Below, piece after piece: positions 1-9,211 of a DNA stretch of 64,000 nt. Made by a program: the position numbers and the translations under genes. Source of the stretch: a virus. Numbering within the stretch: the first letter of the stretch is position 1; the number at the start of each line of letters is the position of its first letter. The notes beneath the pieces were generated by a model that did not search any database, was not told where the DNA came from, and saw nothing but the letters and a program-made list of their open reading frames with translations. The stretch is from IMG/VR virus record IMGVR_UViG_3300045988_155525; one strand, 5' to 3'.

Positions 1-75
1 ATTTTTCTTAACAAAGAAAATGATTTTCAAGACACAAATCAAGTATTTACTAATACAGAATTTTCTGTAAAATAA
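1..75 (+). CDS. 3' end of an upstream gene (partial; product unknown, possibly a head protein by position)
   Basis: Frame 1 is open from base 1 to TAA at 73-75 (...NTEFSVK*). The start lies outside the window. Confidence 0.3.
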   Translation: MFLNKENDFQDTNQVFTNTEFSVK

Positions 76-83
76 AAAAAAAA

Positions 84-713
84 ATGGCAGATGTAACAAA
101 AAATGGGATTATAGTAAATCCTAGTAGTGGTTCAGGGGATACCACATTAAAAGTAAAAGCTCAAGTTGCAAATAGGGGTAACCGAGTAGTGCAAAAAGCT
201 ACTTTTACTGTTAGTGCCCCTGGAGCAGAAAATAAACAGTTTGTAGCAAACCACGTCCCTGCAAATGAGTTTGTCAATTTTGATAATGGTTCTTCCATGT
301 CAGTTAGTAAAAATGGGGGAACCATTACTATTACTGGTACTTCTAACTCTACAAAATTAACTTTTACTAAAGGCAGTGGAGATATAGTTACTGCTGATAT
401 CTCTTCTATTACTTACCAAGCAGCTGGAGAGAATACAGTCAATGGGGTAGCTATAAAAGGAGACCCAGGAGCAACAGCTAAGTATGCTTTTACTTTAACA
501 CTACAAGGTACAGAGAATGATACAGTAGAAGCTAGGTCCCAGCAAATCACAGTTGTTGGTGGTGGAGGTGCAGAGATTACTGCAACTATAACCCTTAATC
601 AGACAGCTGGTGATCCTACCCTGGAAGTAACACCTACTACAATAGATGTTCCTCAGAATGGTTCCGAAGTATCCGTGCAGGTTACCACAAATACTACCTT
701 TACGGTGGCTTAG
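84..713 (+). CDS. Virion protein with Ig-like/BACON-like repeats (possible head decoration protein)
   Basis: ORF track. Repeated beta-sandwich-like segments (IIVNPSSGSGDTTLKVKAQV..., LEVTPTTIDVPQNGSEVSVQVTTNTTFTV). Followed by a strong hairpin terminator, which suggests high expression. Confidence 0.4.
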   Translation: MADVTKNGIIVNPSSGSGDTTLKVKAQVANRGNRVVQKATFTVSAPGAENKQFVANHVPANEFVNFDNGSSMSVSKNGGTITITGTSNSTKLTFTKGSGDIVTADISSITYQAAGENTVNGVAIKGDPGATAKYAFTLTLQGTENDTVEARSQQITVVGGGGAEITATITLNQTAGDPTLEVTPTTIDVPQNGSEVSVQVTTNTTFTVA

Positions 714-730
714 TAAATTTAGAATATTTA

Positions 731-772
731 GGTATGGGGAGGTTGAATGTTCTTCCCCATACCTCTAATTTT
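731..772 (+). terminator. Hairpin terminator after ORF 84-713
   Basis: ggtatgggga (731-740) pairs with tccccatacc (754-763). T-rich tail follows. Confidence 0.6.
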
Positions 773-789
773 GTATAATATCTAATATT

Positions 790-1089
790 ATGGCAGACCA
801 AAATACTTTTGTAGCTATACCATGGGCAGATGGTACTACTGATTATATATATTTGAATTTTTCTAAAGTAGAATCCACTGGGATTATATCAGTATCATCC
901 GATAGTAATAATTCTGGTATGGAAAGAACTAAGATTTTTGGTTTCCAGGGGGTAATCCCTGCTAATCAAGAAGGATTCCAAGCTGTAGCTTACTTAAGGG
1001 TATTACAACAGATAGATAATTTAGTAGTAGCTACTTTTGAGAGTCAGACTTCTATATATGATGATAATAAAGCGGGGTATATACAATAA
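790..1089 (+). CDS. Hypothetical virion-module protein with a BACON-like motif
   Basis: AIPWADGTTDYIYLNF...SSDSNNSGMERTKIF has the same pattern as the N-terminus of the next ORF (ISIPWDSSGNDKLYVYM...SDENKGKERSKSLTF). Confidence 0.35.
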   Translation: MADQNTFVAIPWADGTTDYIYLNFSKVESTGIISVSSDSNNSGMERTKIFGFQGVIPANQEGFQAVAYLRVLQQIDNLVVATFESQTSIYDDNKAGYIQ

Positions 1090-1100
1090 TTTTATACTGT

Positions 1101-3758
1101 ATGGATATAAAGCTTAAATCAAATAGGGTTACAAGAGATGTACCTGATTTATCTGATTATACTAAGATAAGTATACCATGGGATAGTTCTGGTAATGATA
1201 AGCTATATGTTTATATGAAACCAGATGAACATAGTCAAAAAGTATATATTGGTTCTGATGAGAACAAAGGTAAAGAGAGGAGTAAAAGTTTAACTTTTTC
1301 TACTATCAAATCTGGGGTAAATACTGGTACTCAATCCAAAGCTACATTAAATGTAATACAAGAAAAAGCAGTTTATACTTATAGACTTATAATTAGTGTA
1401 CAAGGGGGAGCATCTAATACCATTCCAGCTAGTGGTGGTAGTATACAATTGCAAACCATATTAGAAACTTATATAGGTGATAGGTTAGAAAATTCAGCAC
1501 TTGTAAATTCAACCTATGTTAATACTTCTAGTGGAGAAGGTAGTTACTTTACAGTTAGTAGTAAAGGGTTAGTTACTGGGGTAAATAGAGGTACAACTGT
1601 AGGTAATAAAAGGAGTATTATAGTTAAAGCTACTTATACTTCTGGACTTATAAATGTAACTGATAGTTTAGCCATATATTTAGAAGCTAACAGTGCTAGT
1701 TATGGTAATGTAAGTTTAACTGTAACTTCTCCTGTAAACTTAGATGCTACTGGGGGAACTTATACCATAAATCCCACTGCTAGTCAGACAGTATCTTATA
1801 CTTCTGGTTCTACTAAAAATAATACTGCAGCTAATGGTGGTATCTCTTTATCATATACTCAAGTAAGTAGTTCTAGTGGGTTTAGTTTAAGTGGTAATAA
1901 AGTAACTTATACTAATAATAACACTACTTCTAGTAGGAGTTACCAAGTAAATGTAATAGCTACAGGAGAAGGTAGTAAAACTAATACTAAAACTATTACA
2001 TTCACCCAATCAGCTGGTCAGAAGATATATAGTAATCCAGTAATAAGTATATTTGAATATGTTAATGAGGCTGGAGTAACTGGTGGTAAAATTAAACCAA
2101 CGATATATGTAACTCAAAAATATAAATATAATAATACTGGTACTGAATATACTGTTAGTTGGGAAACCGATGATTTAGTAGCTAGTGATTTTTTTAGTGT
2201 AAGGATAGTAAGCCCAGTTACTGGTTTATCAGTAGATAATATGGCTAATGTAACTTGGGCTAGTAATACAGGTAATGATTCTTCTAGGAGTGGTACTATA
2301 GCAATAAAAGTTACTTTAAATGGTAAAACCTCGGCAGAAGTAACAGCTACCACTACCCAATCAGCCGATAGTATTATTAGTACTACATATTCTAATGATA
2401 TTGTTGGTTTTGGAGGTGATGGTAGATTTAGTGGTGTATCAGTTGCTCTATATAACAATCAACAAATAAATAGTCAATATGTATTACCAGCATCGGCAGT
2501 AACTACTTCTAACCCTATAAAGATTATGGCTGATAATCCAGCTGTAGTACAAAAAACGGTTACTTATAGTAGTGGATATAAGGAAGAATCTTTAGTACCA
2601 GCATCAGAAGCTTACCCAGGAAAGATTGTTTATATAAAGATTGGTCTGGTAGAAAGTTCTACTGGTAGAGTTAGTAGAACAGAAATTGTTACTAGTAGTA
2701 ATACTACTAACTTATTTAATGATGGTATCAATATTACCTACAATTCTTATGGTACAACCAACATAAATCAGTATAAGGCAAATGTGATATTGGGTGTATC
2801 CATAGTAAGTGCAACGGAAGCTGCTAATAGGTATAATACCAATAAAACAAATTTTGTAAACTTTAATAAATATACTTTACTACTAAGTGGTAATAAGGTA
2901 GAATCCTATGATTTAAGTACTAATACTGTTAGTTATGTAGGTTATAAAAAGACTAGCAGTGGAAGTATATTTACTGATAAAACTAACTACCCAGATGGGT
3001 TAGATTATGGAGGGTATTTTATATATGATGTGACAGTAAAAGGGAGTGAAGTATATACTTCTGGTAGTACTGTAGTAAAAGGTAAAGCTGTAATACCCAC
3101 CCTATCTTCTAAATTACCATCAGATAATGTTGCTAGTATTCAATATCCAATAGATGCTTTAGAAAACCCAGAGATACTTAGTCAGCAGGGAGATGTAAGT
3201 AATGGCAATTCAGTAACTAGGATATCAATACATGTGGTGAGGTTAAATGATAAGACTTCTAGTGAACAAGTTTATCTACAGTTTGGTGTAGGTGGAGAAT
3301 ATGGCTCTAATAATGCTTTGGCTGAATTTAGAGTTATTAAGAGTAGGAAAGCCATAGTGGTTGGTAGCATTGGTAGAACTGAAGGTAGTATTAACCTACT
3401 AACACCAAATGGTATAACAAGTACTAGTAGAAAATTTACTTTTACTATAACTGATTCCTCTGGTCAAGTTGATGGTACCACATTAACAGGAAATACTACC
3501 TGGCCAAGTGTACAGCAAATGGGTTTAGAGTTTCTATTGAAAAATTCTAATCATAAATCAAATTTGATAAATTTACTTAAAGATGTATTAAGGTCTTACG
3601 GTAATTATGCGGTTATAAGAAGTAGTAGTAGTAGTTTGCCACAATTTAATGGTACTAAATGGACCCTTACTCAAGATGAAAAATCAGAGTTATGGAGAAT
3701 ACTTTTAGTAAGATCATCAGCTGTAGCTGGTTTATACGCTATAGACTATGATAGATAA
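1101..3758 (+). CDS. Large Ser/Thr/Asn-rich fibre or adhesin-like virion protein (BACON-like N-terminus plus many Ig-like repeats)
   Basis: 885 aa. Recurring 'pasGGs/atGGtYt' beta-repeat segments. Sits in the structural module. Confidence 0.45.
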   Translation: MDIKLKSNRVTRDVPDLSDYTKISIPWDSSGNDKLYVYMKPDEHSQKVYIGSDENKGKERSKSLTFSTIKSGVNTGTQSKATLNVIQEKAVYTYRLIISVQGGASNTIPASGGSIQLQTILETYIGDRLENSALVNSTYVNTSSGEGSYFTVSSKGLVTGVNRGTTVGNKRSIIVKATYTSGLINVTDSLAIYLEANSASYGNVSLTVTSPVNLDATGGTYTINPTASQTVSYTSGSTKNNTAANGGISLSYTQVSSSSGFSLSGNKVTYTNNNTTSSRSYQVNVIATGEGSKTNTKTITFTQSAGQKIYSNPVISIFEYVNEAGVTGGKIKPTIYVTQKYKYNNTGTEYTVSWETDDLVASDFFSVRIVSPVTGLSVDNMANVTWASNTGNDSSRSGTIAIKVTLNGKTSAEVTATTTQSADSIISTTYSNDIVGFGGDGRFSGVSVALYNNQQINSQYVLPASAVTTSNPIKIMADNPAVVQKTVTYSSGYKEESLVPASEAYPGKIVYIKIGLVESSTGRVSRTEIVTSSNTTNLFNDGINITYNSYGTTNINQYKANVILGVSIVSATEAANRYNTNKTNFVNFNKYTLLLSGNKVESYDLSTNTVSYVGYKKTSSGSIFTDKTNYPDGLDYGGYFIYDVTVKGSEVYTSGSTVVKGKAVIPTLSSKLPSDNVASIQYPIDALENPEILSQQGDVSNGNSVTRISIHVVRLNDKTSSEQVYLQFGVGGEYGSNNALAEFRVIKSRKAIVVGSIGRTEGSINLLTPNGITSTSRKFTFTITDSSGQVDGTTLTGNTTWPSVQQMGLEFLLKNSNHKSNLINLLKDVLRSYGNYAVIRSSSSSLPQFNGTKWTLTQDEKSELWRILLVRSSAVAGLYAIDYDR

Positions 3759-3794
3759 TATTTTTTTAATAATACTTTAAAAAGTTTTAATACC

Positions 3795-4421
3795 ATGCCT
3801 GAATTTAAAGACATAAGCCAATTCTCAGTAGTAAAACCAGTAGGTAATGAAAAAATACAGGTATCAGCTACTCAGAGTGTTACATTACAAAGCATTGCTG
3901 ATTTAGCCCCAACTGCTGATTTATCTGATTATGCTAAGAAAACTGACTTAGATAGCTATGCTAAGAAAACTGACTTAGATAGCTATGCTAAGAAAACTGA
4001 CTTAACCAGTATCAATAATGATATTGATGATTTAACTTCCGAAGTTGGTACTAAGAAAGATAAGTACAATTTTAAAACTATTGCTATTGGTATTAATAGT
4101 AATTTTAATATATCTGGAGGAGATATATTACATATTAACAGTAGTGCACTAGTTTGTTATAATATTACTATAAAAGCATCTACTTTTACAGATACAAACC
4201 CAATAGCTTATATTATTCAACCCATATTGAATGCTGGTGGTACATTTAATACCTTCAGTTTTGTTTTTGATACTGGTAGTTTTGATATGTATCAGGTTGG
4301 ATATAAAGAACAAAGTTCAATTCAAAGTGATGGTGCTAGGTTAATTAAGTTAATAAAAACAAATTTGGGATTTGTTTTAGAATATCAATATTTAACACCC
4401 TATTATGATGAATGTCAATAG
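3795..4421 (+). CDS. Fibre-like protein with a perfect tandem nonapeptide repeat
   Basis: YAKKTDLDS x2.8 (DLSDYAKKTDLDSYAKKTDLDSYAKKTDL). Sits in the structural module. Confidence 0.35.
   Translation: MPEFKDISQFSVVKPVGNEKIQVSATQSVTLQSIADLAPTADLSDYAKKTDLDSYAKKTDLDSYAKKTDLTSINNDIDDLTSEVGTKKDKYNFKTIAIGINSNFNISGGDILHINSSALVCYNITIKASTFTDTNPIAYIIQPILNAGGTFNTFSFVFDTGSFDMYQVGYKEQSSIQSDGARLIKLIKTNLGFVLEYQYLTPYYDECQ
3930..4004 (+). repeat. Perfect 27-nt tandem repeat, about 2.8 copies
   Basis: tatgctaagaaaactgacttagatagc repeats at 3930, 3957 and 3984 (last copy partial). Confidence 0.9.
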
Positions 4422-4430
4422 TATATACTT

Positions 4431-5021
4431 ATGGCTAAGAAAGTAAATATAACTATACCCAATATAGATAATCTAGGTATAGAGGTAAAATTGTATGGAG
4501 ATTGGGTTAAAGTTGATAGTGTAGTTACTGGAGTAGCCAAGTCTATACAAAAAGGTTATGATATTTCAATTGATAGGTTTTCTAAAAGATTATTAAGGAT
4601 AGTAAAAACATCTATAGCTACTGGTATTCCTCCAAGGGGTTCAGGAGTATATTGGGAACCTCTATCTAGGGCTACCATTGATAAGTATGGGGAACACCCA
4701 ATTTACTACTTAACCGGTTTATACCACAAGTCAGTAGGATTATTTAAATATAAGTCTAGGACTTTAGTTGGTTTACCAATTGGTAAATCAAGGCTATCTA
4801 GTGGAGGAATAACTTTAAATCAGTTAGCTATAATATTGGAATATGGTACTGGAGGATATGGTAGTGGTGGGTCTTCTGGTACCATACCCCCAAGACCTCT
4901 ATGGGCTCCTTCATTAAGAGCCGTAGGTGGTAAAGAATATCTGAGGAAATTAATTTTAACTAATATACGAAAACAGTTAAGAACTGATTTCAGTATAAAA
5001 GCCAATCAAGTAAGATGGTAG
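4431..5021 (+). CDS. Head-tail joining / tail-completion protein (HK97 gp10-like)
   Basis: Lies between the fibre genes and the sheath. C-terminal 'GTIPPRPLWAPSL' resembles the ARPF/L motif of the HK97 gp10 family. Confidence 0.35.
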   Translation: MAKKVNITIPNIDNLGIEVKLYGDWVKVDSVVTGVAKSIQKGYDISIDRFSKRLLRIVKTSIATGIPPRGSGVYWEPLSRATIDKYGEHPIYYLTGLYHKSVGLFKYKSRTLVGLPIGKSRLSSGGITLNQLAIILEYGTGGYGSGGSSGTIPPRPLWAPSLRAVGGKEYLRKLILTNIRKQLRTDFSIKANQVRW

Positions 5022-5674
5022 ATTCTCAAGAGATTATAGAGAGGTCCATATATTGTTCAATACTAAATGTGGCCAAAGAATTGGGATTTACCGTAGACCC
5101 CAATGAATACTTACCTATAAATACACAAAATCAACAAAGATTTAAAGAAGATATATCTAAATTAACCAAATATATTCAAATATTTGGTACTGGTAATAAC
5201 CAATCTAAGGATATTAAACTAACTCCACGTATAGTGGTAAATGCTAAAGGATTTTATCCAGGGAATATTGGTTTACCTAGACAATTAATAGAGAAGGAAG
5301 AAGGTGTAGGCTTTACAGTTACCGAGGAACCTTATGAAACCATAGACCAATATATAGACGTTCATTTAGTAGCAAATAATCAAGATGATTTGAGGCTTTT
5401 ACATAAAATTCTGTTTTGGAGTATACCTCAAAGGGGTTATGTAAAACCATATAATCAACAGAAATTCCTATTCTCTGGTAATATATTTGTAGAGTTGGTT
5501 AATTTCTTTGATATACCGAATCTAGAACTTGGGTTAATGGAAAAAGTATATGAATTTCTTATACAAGATACTTTAGTACTTGAAAAGGCCCAAGAATCTT
5601 ATTTGGTACCCATAGTGGATATTAATTTATTATTGGCTGATTATAATGAAAATATACATGTAAATAGCAAATAA
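5015..5674 (+). CDS. Hypothetical neck/tail-terminator-position protein
   Basis: ORF overlaps the previous stop and lies just upstream of the sheath. No motif recognised. Confidence 0.3.
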   Translation: MVDSQEIIERSIYCSILNVAKELGFTVDPNEYLPINTQNQQRFKEDISKLTKYIQIFGTGNNQSKDIKLTPRIVVNAKGFYPGNIGLPRQLIEKEEGVGFTVTEEPYETIDQYIDVHLVANNQDDLRLLHKILFWSIPQRGYVKPYNQQKFLFSGNIFVELVNFFDIPNLELGLMEKVYEFLIQDTLVLEKAQESYLVPIVDINLLLADYNENIHVNSK

Positions 5675-5686
5675 AACTACATTGGT

Positions 5687-5878
5687 ATGAAGAAACAAGT
5701 TTTTATAATCTTTTTGATTGGGATTATATGTTTTGTATTAACCCTATATGCTTTTATAAGTAAAGGGCTAGGTTTTTTATTATTAATATTAGCCATAGAT
5801 TACATCTTTAGTATATATACTATTTTTTATATTGTAGCTAAAACTAATTTACTGGAAAAGTACAAAAATAACAAATAA
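5687..5878 (+). CDS. Small membrane protein (2-3 TM segments, charged C-terminus); holin candidate
   Basis: 63 aa: FIIFLIGIICFVLTLYAFI / LGFLLLILAIDYIFSIYTIFYIV, followed by LLEKYKNNK. Confidence 0.3.
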   Translation: MKKQVFIIFLIGIICFVLTLYAFISKGLGFLLLILAIDYIFSIYTIFYIVAKTNLLEKYKNNK

Positions 5879-5906
5879 TTAATTCACATTTTAAAAACAT
5901 AATACT

Positions 5907-7694
5907 ATGCCTAATACTCCAAAAGTTGAATTCAACTTTAAAAACAACAATGTTCAATCTAGTGTACCTTTATTAGGTATATCCCATGTGGTTGCTAGGA
6001 CTACTAAGGGTAATTTTAATGACCCAAGTGAAATTATCAGTTCTTATTCACAATTTCAAAGGATATATGGTGAAGAAATTGTACCAGATGGTACCATCTC
6101 TAATATAAAGAAAGCTCTGGAAATTGGTTCTAAACTTAGGGTGTCCCGAGTTGAGGGTGCTGAAGGTGTAGAATTTGGTGTAGCTAAAGAATATACTGTA
6201 GGTGGTAGTGCTGGGGGAGAAAAGCAAACAATAACTATAGTATTAACTGACCCCCAAACTACTACCAATAAAATTTCAATGGTATTAAATATTAATACCA
6301 AAGAAGCTGGTAGTCCAGTATTAGATACTACTGGTTATAATTTAAATAGAAATTTCTATTTAAGAGTAACTAATAATGGTGGTCCTATAAACAAAATATA
6401 CATAACTCAATTTACTGGATTTACCGAGGATGACCAGATAGCTTCTTCATCTATATTAGCTAATAATCTGTTATTCTCCAGTGTTGGTTCTAGTAACAAG
6501 GATATCACACCATTTGTAGAGCCTCAGGTATTCCAAGATTTTGTAAATAATGTACCCAATATTAAATTGGTATTTAAGTCAGCTTCTGCTACAGAAGAGA
6601 GTTTGGCTAATAGGATAAAAACAATAGATGATGTAATCAGTACTATAAGAGATTACCAAAACTGGTATGGTGATATCCAGGTTGGTAGTACTACTATTAA
6701 TACCAATCCAGTTTATATGATTATAAATGAGGGTAGCAATGGTGGTGATTCTGATGCTGATACCTGGATAAAAGCTTATAATGCTATAAAAGCCTATGAT
6801 GATTCTTATCAGTTAATATGTTCACACGTACACCAACACCTTCCTTTAGATTATATTGAGGTATACTCTAATATAGCTAAGGATGTTTCTAAAGTCTTTG
6901 AGGAGGTATTATACGTTGAAGTACCTAAATATACATCTTCTGGTGATATCCAGACAGTAGAAACCATTTTATCTCAACTTAAAACCATGATACCTTCTAT
7001 TGGGTATAGTAAATCAGTGGTATTTGTTGGTGGTGGTATAAAATATTATAATGACAATGGTTCATTACAAAATTGCGATGTATTGGGTACAGTAATTGGT
7101 TTAGGGGATGTATCAGCAACTAATTTTGGACCTTGGTATTCATTCTCTGGTATGAATAGGGGGGTAGTTGCTGATGCTCTTGGTCCAGTGATGGAAAATC
7201 TTGGTTCTCCTGCAAATATAGAAGAACTTCAATCCTTAGCAGAGTGGTATTTCAACCTGTTTGTAATCAAGGATACTAGAACTCAGGGTAAACGTACTAT
7301 GTTATGGCATGGGTTTACCTCTCACCCTAAGAATGATTCAGAAAAATTTCTTTCTATAGTGAGGTTGAATCTTTATATTAAAAAGAATTTGAGACCCATA
7401 TTAGAAAGTTATTTAGAAGAACCTAATACCTGGTCTACCTGGAAGAATATTTATTATGAGGGTAAAGAGATTATGGATGACTTGGTAACTAACAATGCCA
7501 TTTCTTCCTATGAATGGCTTGGAGACCAGGATGCTACATCTTACCAAGACCTTCAAGTAAATAATGAAGCTGATGTAAGAGCAGGTAAATATAAGATTGT
7601 ACTTAAGTACAAGGATATTGTACCTTTACAGGATATTCTTATTGATATAATCATAGATTCTGTAAATGGTAGTATTGATATATCTAATGAATAA
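5907..7694 (+). CDS. Contractile tail sheath protein
   Basis: 595 aa, immediately upstream of a 155-aa tube-sized ORF, a chaperone and a tape measure (the canonical myovirus order). Confidence 0.7.
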   Translation: MPNTPKVEFNFKNNNVQSSVPLLGISHVVARTTKGNFNDPSEIISSYSQFQRIYGEEIVPDGTISNIKKALEIGSKLRVSRVEGAEGVEFGVAKEYTVGGSAGGEKQTITIVLTDPQTTTNKISMVLNINTKEAGSPVLDTTGYNLNRNFYLRVTNNGGPINKIYITQFTGFTEDDQIASSSILANNLLFSSVGSSNKDITPFVEPQVFQDFVNNVPNIKLVFKSASATEESLANRIKTIDDVISTIRDYQNWYGDIQVGSTTINTNPVYMIINEGSNGGDSDADTWIKAYNAIKAYDDSYQLICSHVHQHLPLDYIEVYSNIAKDVSKVFEEVLYVEVPKYTSSGDIQTVETILSQLKTMIPSIGYSKSVVFVGGGIKYYNDNGSLQNCDVLGTVIGLGDVSATNFGPWYSFSGMNRGVVADALGPVMENLGSPANIEELQSLAEWYFNLFVIKDTRTQGKRTMLWHGFTSHPKNDSEKFLSIVRLNLYIKKNLRPILESYLEEPNTWSTWKNIYYEGKEIMDDLVTNNAISSYEWLGDQDATSYQDLQVNNEADVRAGKYKIVLKYKDIVPLQDILIDIIIDSVNGSIDISNE

Positions 7695-7720
7695 TTAACT
7701 ACGTAAAAACATTAATAAAG

Positions 7721-8188
7721 ATGGCTACTGCAAAAGTAAAGAACCCACGAAAAAGATTTCTGTGGCAAATAGTATTTGTAAAGCACCCTATAAATGCTTA
7801 TTTATTTCAGAGTGTAACTATTCCTGAGATTACCATAGAACAAGTATCTCATGGTGATATAAACAGGGATGTAAAAACTGGTGGTAGGATTTCAGTTGGT
7901 AATTTAACAGCTACTAAATTGGAAACTACATCTGGTTCCGATACTTGGTTATGGGATTGGTTAATGTCAGTACAAGATTTATTATTAGGTGGAGGATTAA
8001 CTCCTTCAGAATATTGGGAAACTGTATTGATAAATGAATTAGCTGAAGATGGGGTATCAATTCTAAACAGTTGGACTTGTACCGAAGTTTGGCCTACTAG
8101 AGTAAATGGTCAGGAATTAGATAGGATGAGTTCTGATAATACTATAGAAGAGATAGAGTTCTCCGTAGGTACTTGCGAAAAACTGTAA
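7721..8188 (+). CDS. Tail tube protein
   Basis: 155 aa, between sheath and chaperone. Followed by a strong terminator. Confidence 0.65.
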   Translation: MATAKVKNPRKRFLWQIVFVKHPINAYLFQSVTIPEITIEQVSHGDINRDVKTGGRISVGNLTATKLETTSGSDTWLWDWLMSVQDLLLGGGLTPSEYWETVLINELAEDGVSILNSWTCTEVWPTRVNGQELDRMSSDNTIEEIEFSVGTCEKL

Positions 8189-8204
8189 TTATACTATTTC
8201 AAAA

Positions 8205-8236
8205 GGGAGAGCTCAATTAAGAACTCTCCCTTTTTT
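8205..8236 (+). terminator. Rho-independent terminator after the tail tube gene
   Basis: gggagag (8205-8211) pairs with ctctccc (8224-8230), followed by tttttt. Confidence 0.75.
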
Positions 8237-8271
8237 ACTTTAAAAAATCAACTCAACAAAAGGTTAACATT

Positions 8272-9057
8272 ATGGACGCTATTTTAGAAGGACACAAATT
8301 AGAATTTACTGCTCCCTCTGGTTATAAATATACAATAAGGGAGCAAAATGGTGCAGATGATGATATATTATCTAACCCAGTGGAAGCTCAGCAATTAATG
8401 AATATTTCTAGATTTATTGCTGGTATAGTAGTATCTACTGATTTTATGGGTAAAACAAATGGGCGACTTACCCCAGAAGAAGTTCATAATCTCATGCCTG
8501 CTTTGGATAGGTACTGCATATTGATGCAATCTAGGATATTTTCTATTGGGAAAGAATTAGATTTTGAGCATGATTGGGGCAAAAATAATGGGGGAATAGT
8601 GAATTATTCTCAGGATTTAGAAGAATTCCTTTTTGATTATTCTAAAATGCCCACTAATGAAGAATTGGAAGCTAAGCCTAATGCTATTCCATACTACCCC
8701 CAACAAAAAATAACCAAAGATATAACCTTTACAATAGGTTCTGGTAAAGAATTGATGTTTGATTTACTTACTGCACAAGGGGAATCTTATGTAGTTAATC
8801 TACCATTAGAAAAAGGTACAAAGAACCAAAATCTGGTAGCTAGAAATCTTAGGGTAAAGGTAGATGGTAAATGGGAAAAAGTAACCTCTTTTCATATTTT
8901 TTCTGTAAAAGATATGATAGAGATAAGGTCTAATGTATTAGGCTTAGACCCTATATTCAATGGTATAACTACTATTGAAAACCCCAATGTACCAGGTATG
9001 AGTGAACAAATAAGTGTAGTAGCTATAAAAGGTTTTTTCTATCCGGGGGAGATTTAG
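8272..9057 (+). CDS. Tail assembly chaperone (gpG/gpE-like, zero-frame product)
   Basis: Immediately upstream of the tape measure. Ends 6 codons after a T_TTT_TTC slippery heptamer. Confidence 0.6.
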   Translation: MDAILEGHKLEFTAPSGYKYTIREQNGADDDILSNPVEAQQLMNISRFIAGIVVSTDFMGKTNGRLTPEEVHNLMPALDRYCILMQSRIFSIGKELDFEHDWGKNNGGIVNYSQDLEEFLFDYSKMPTNEELEAKPNAIPYYPQQKITKDITFTIGSGKELMFDLLTAQGESYVVNLPLEKGTKNQNLVARNLRVKVDGKWEKVTSFHIFSVKDMIEIRSNVLGLDPIFNGITTIENPNVPGMSEQISVVAIKGFFYPGEI

Positions 9058-9200
9058 AGGATGATTTTGTATATCTACAACATGCTGAGATATATATAGA
9101 TTATATTACTCTAGCTAATTTACCAATTAGGCGCCGACTTAAGTTACTTGAGTCGGCTTCTGAGTATTATAAAGCTCTAAAATCTAAACTCCCCAAATAA
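8272..9200 (+). CDS. Frameshift-extended chaperone (G-T-like fusion; 53 extra residues)
   Basis: Hand translation of the -1 frame after the slip gives LSGGDLEDDFVYLQHAEIYIDYITLANLPIRRRLKLLESASEYYKALKSKLPK*. This fills the otherwise unassigned gap 9058-9200. Confidence 0.55.
9033..9039 (+). promoter_or_regulatory. -1 programmed ribosomal frameshift slippery heptamer T_TTT_TTC
   Basis: Zero-frame codons are GGT TTT TTC (9031-9039). The -1 frame is open from 9033 to TAA at 9198-9200. Confidence 0.6.
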
Positions 9201-9211
9201 ATATATAGGTT

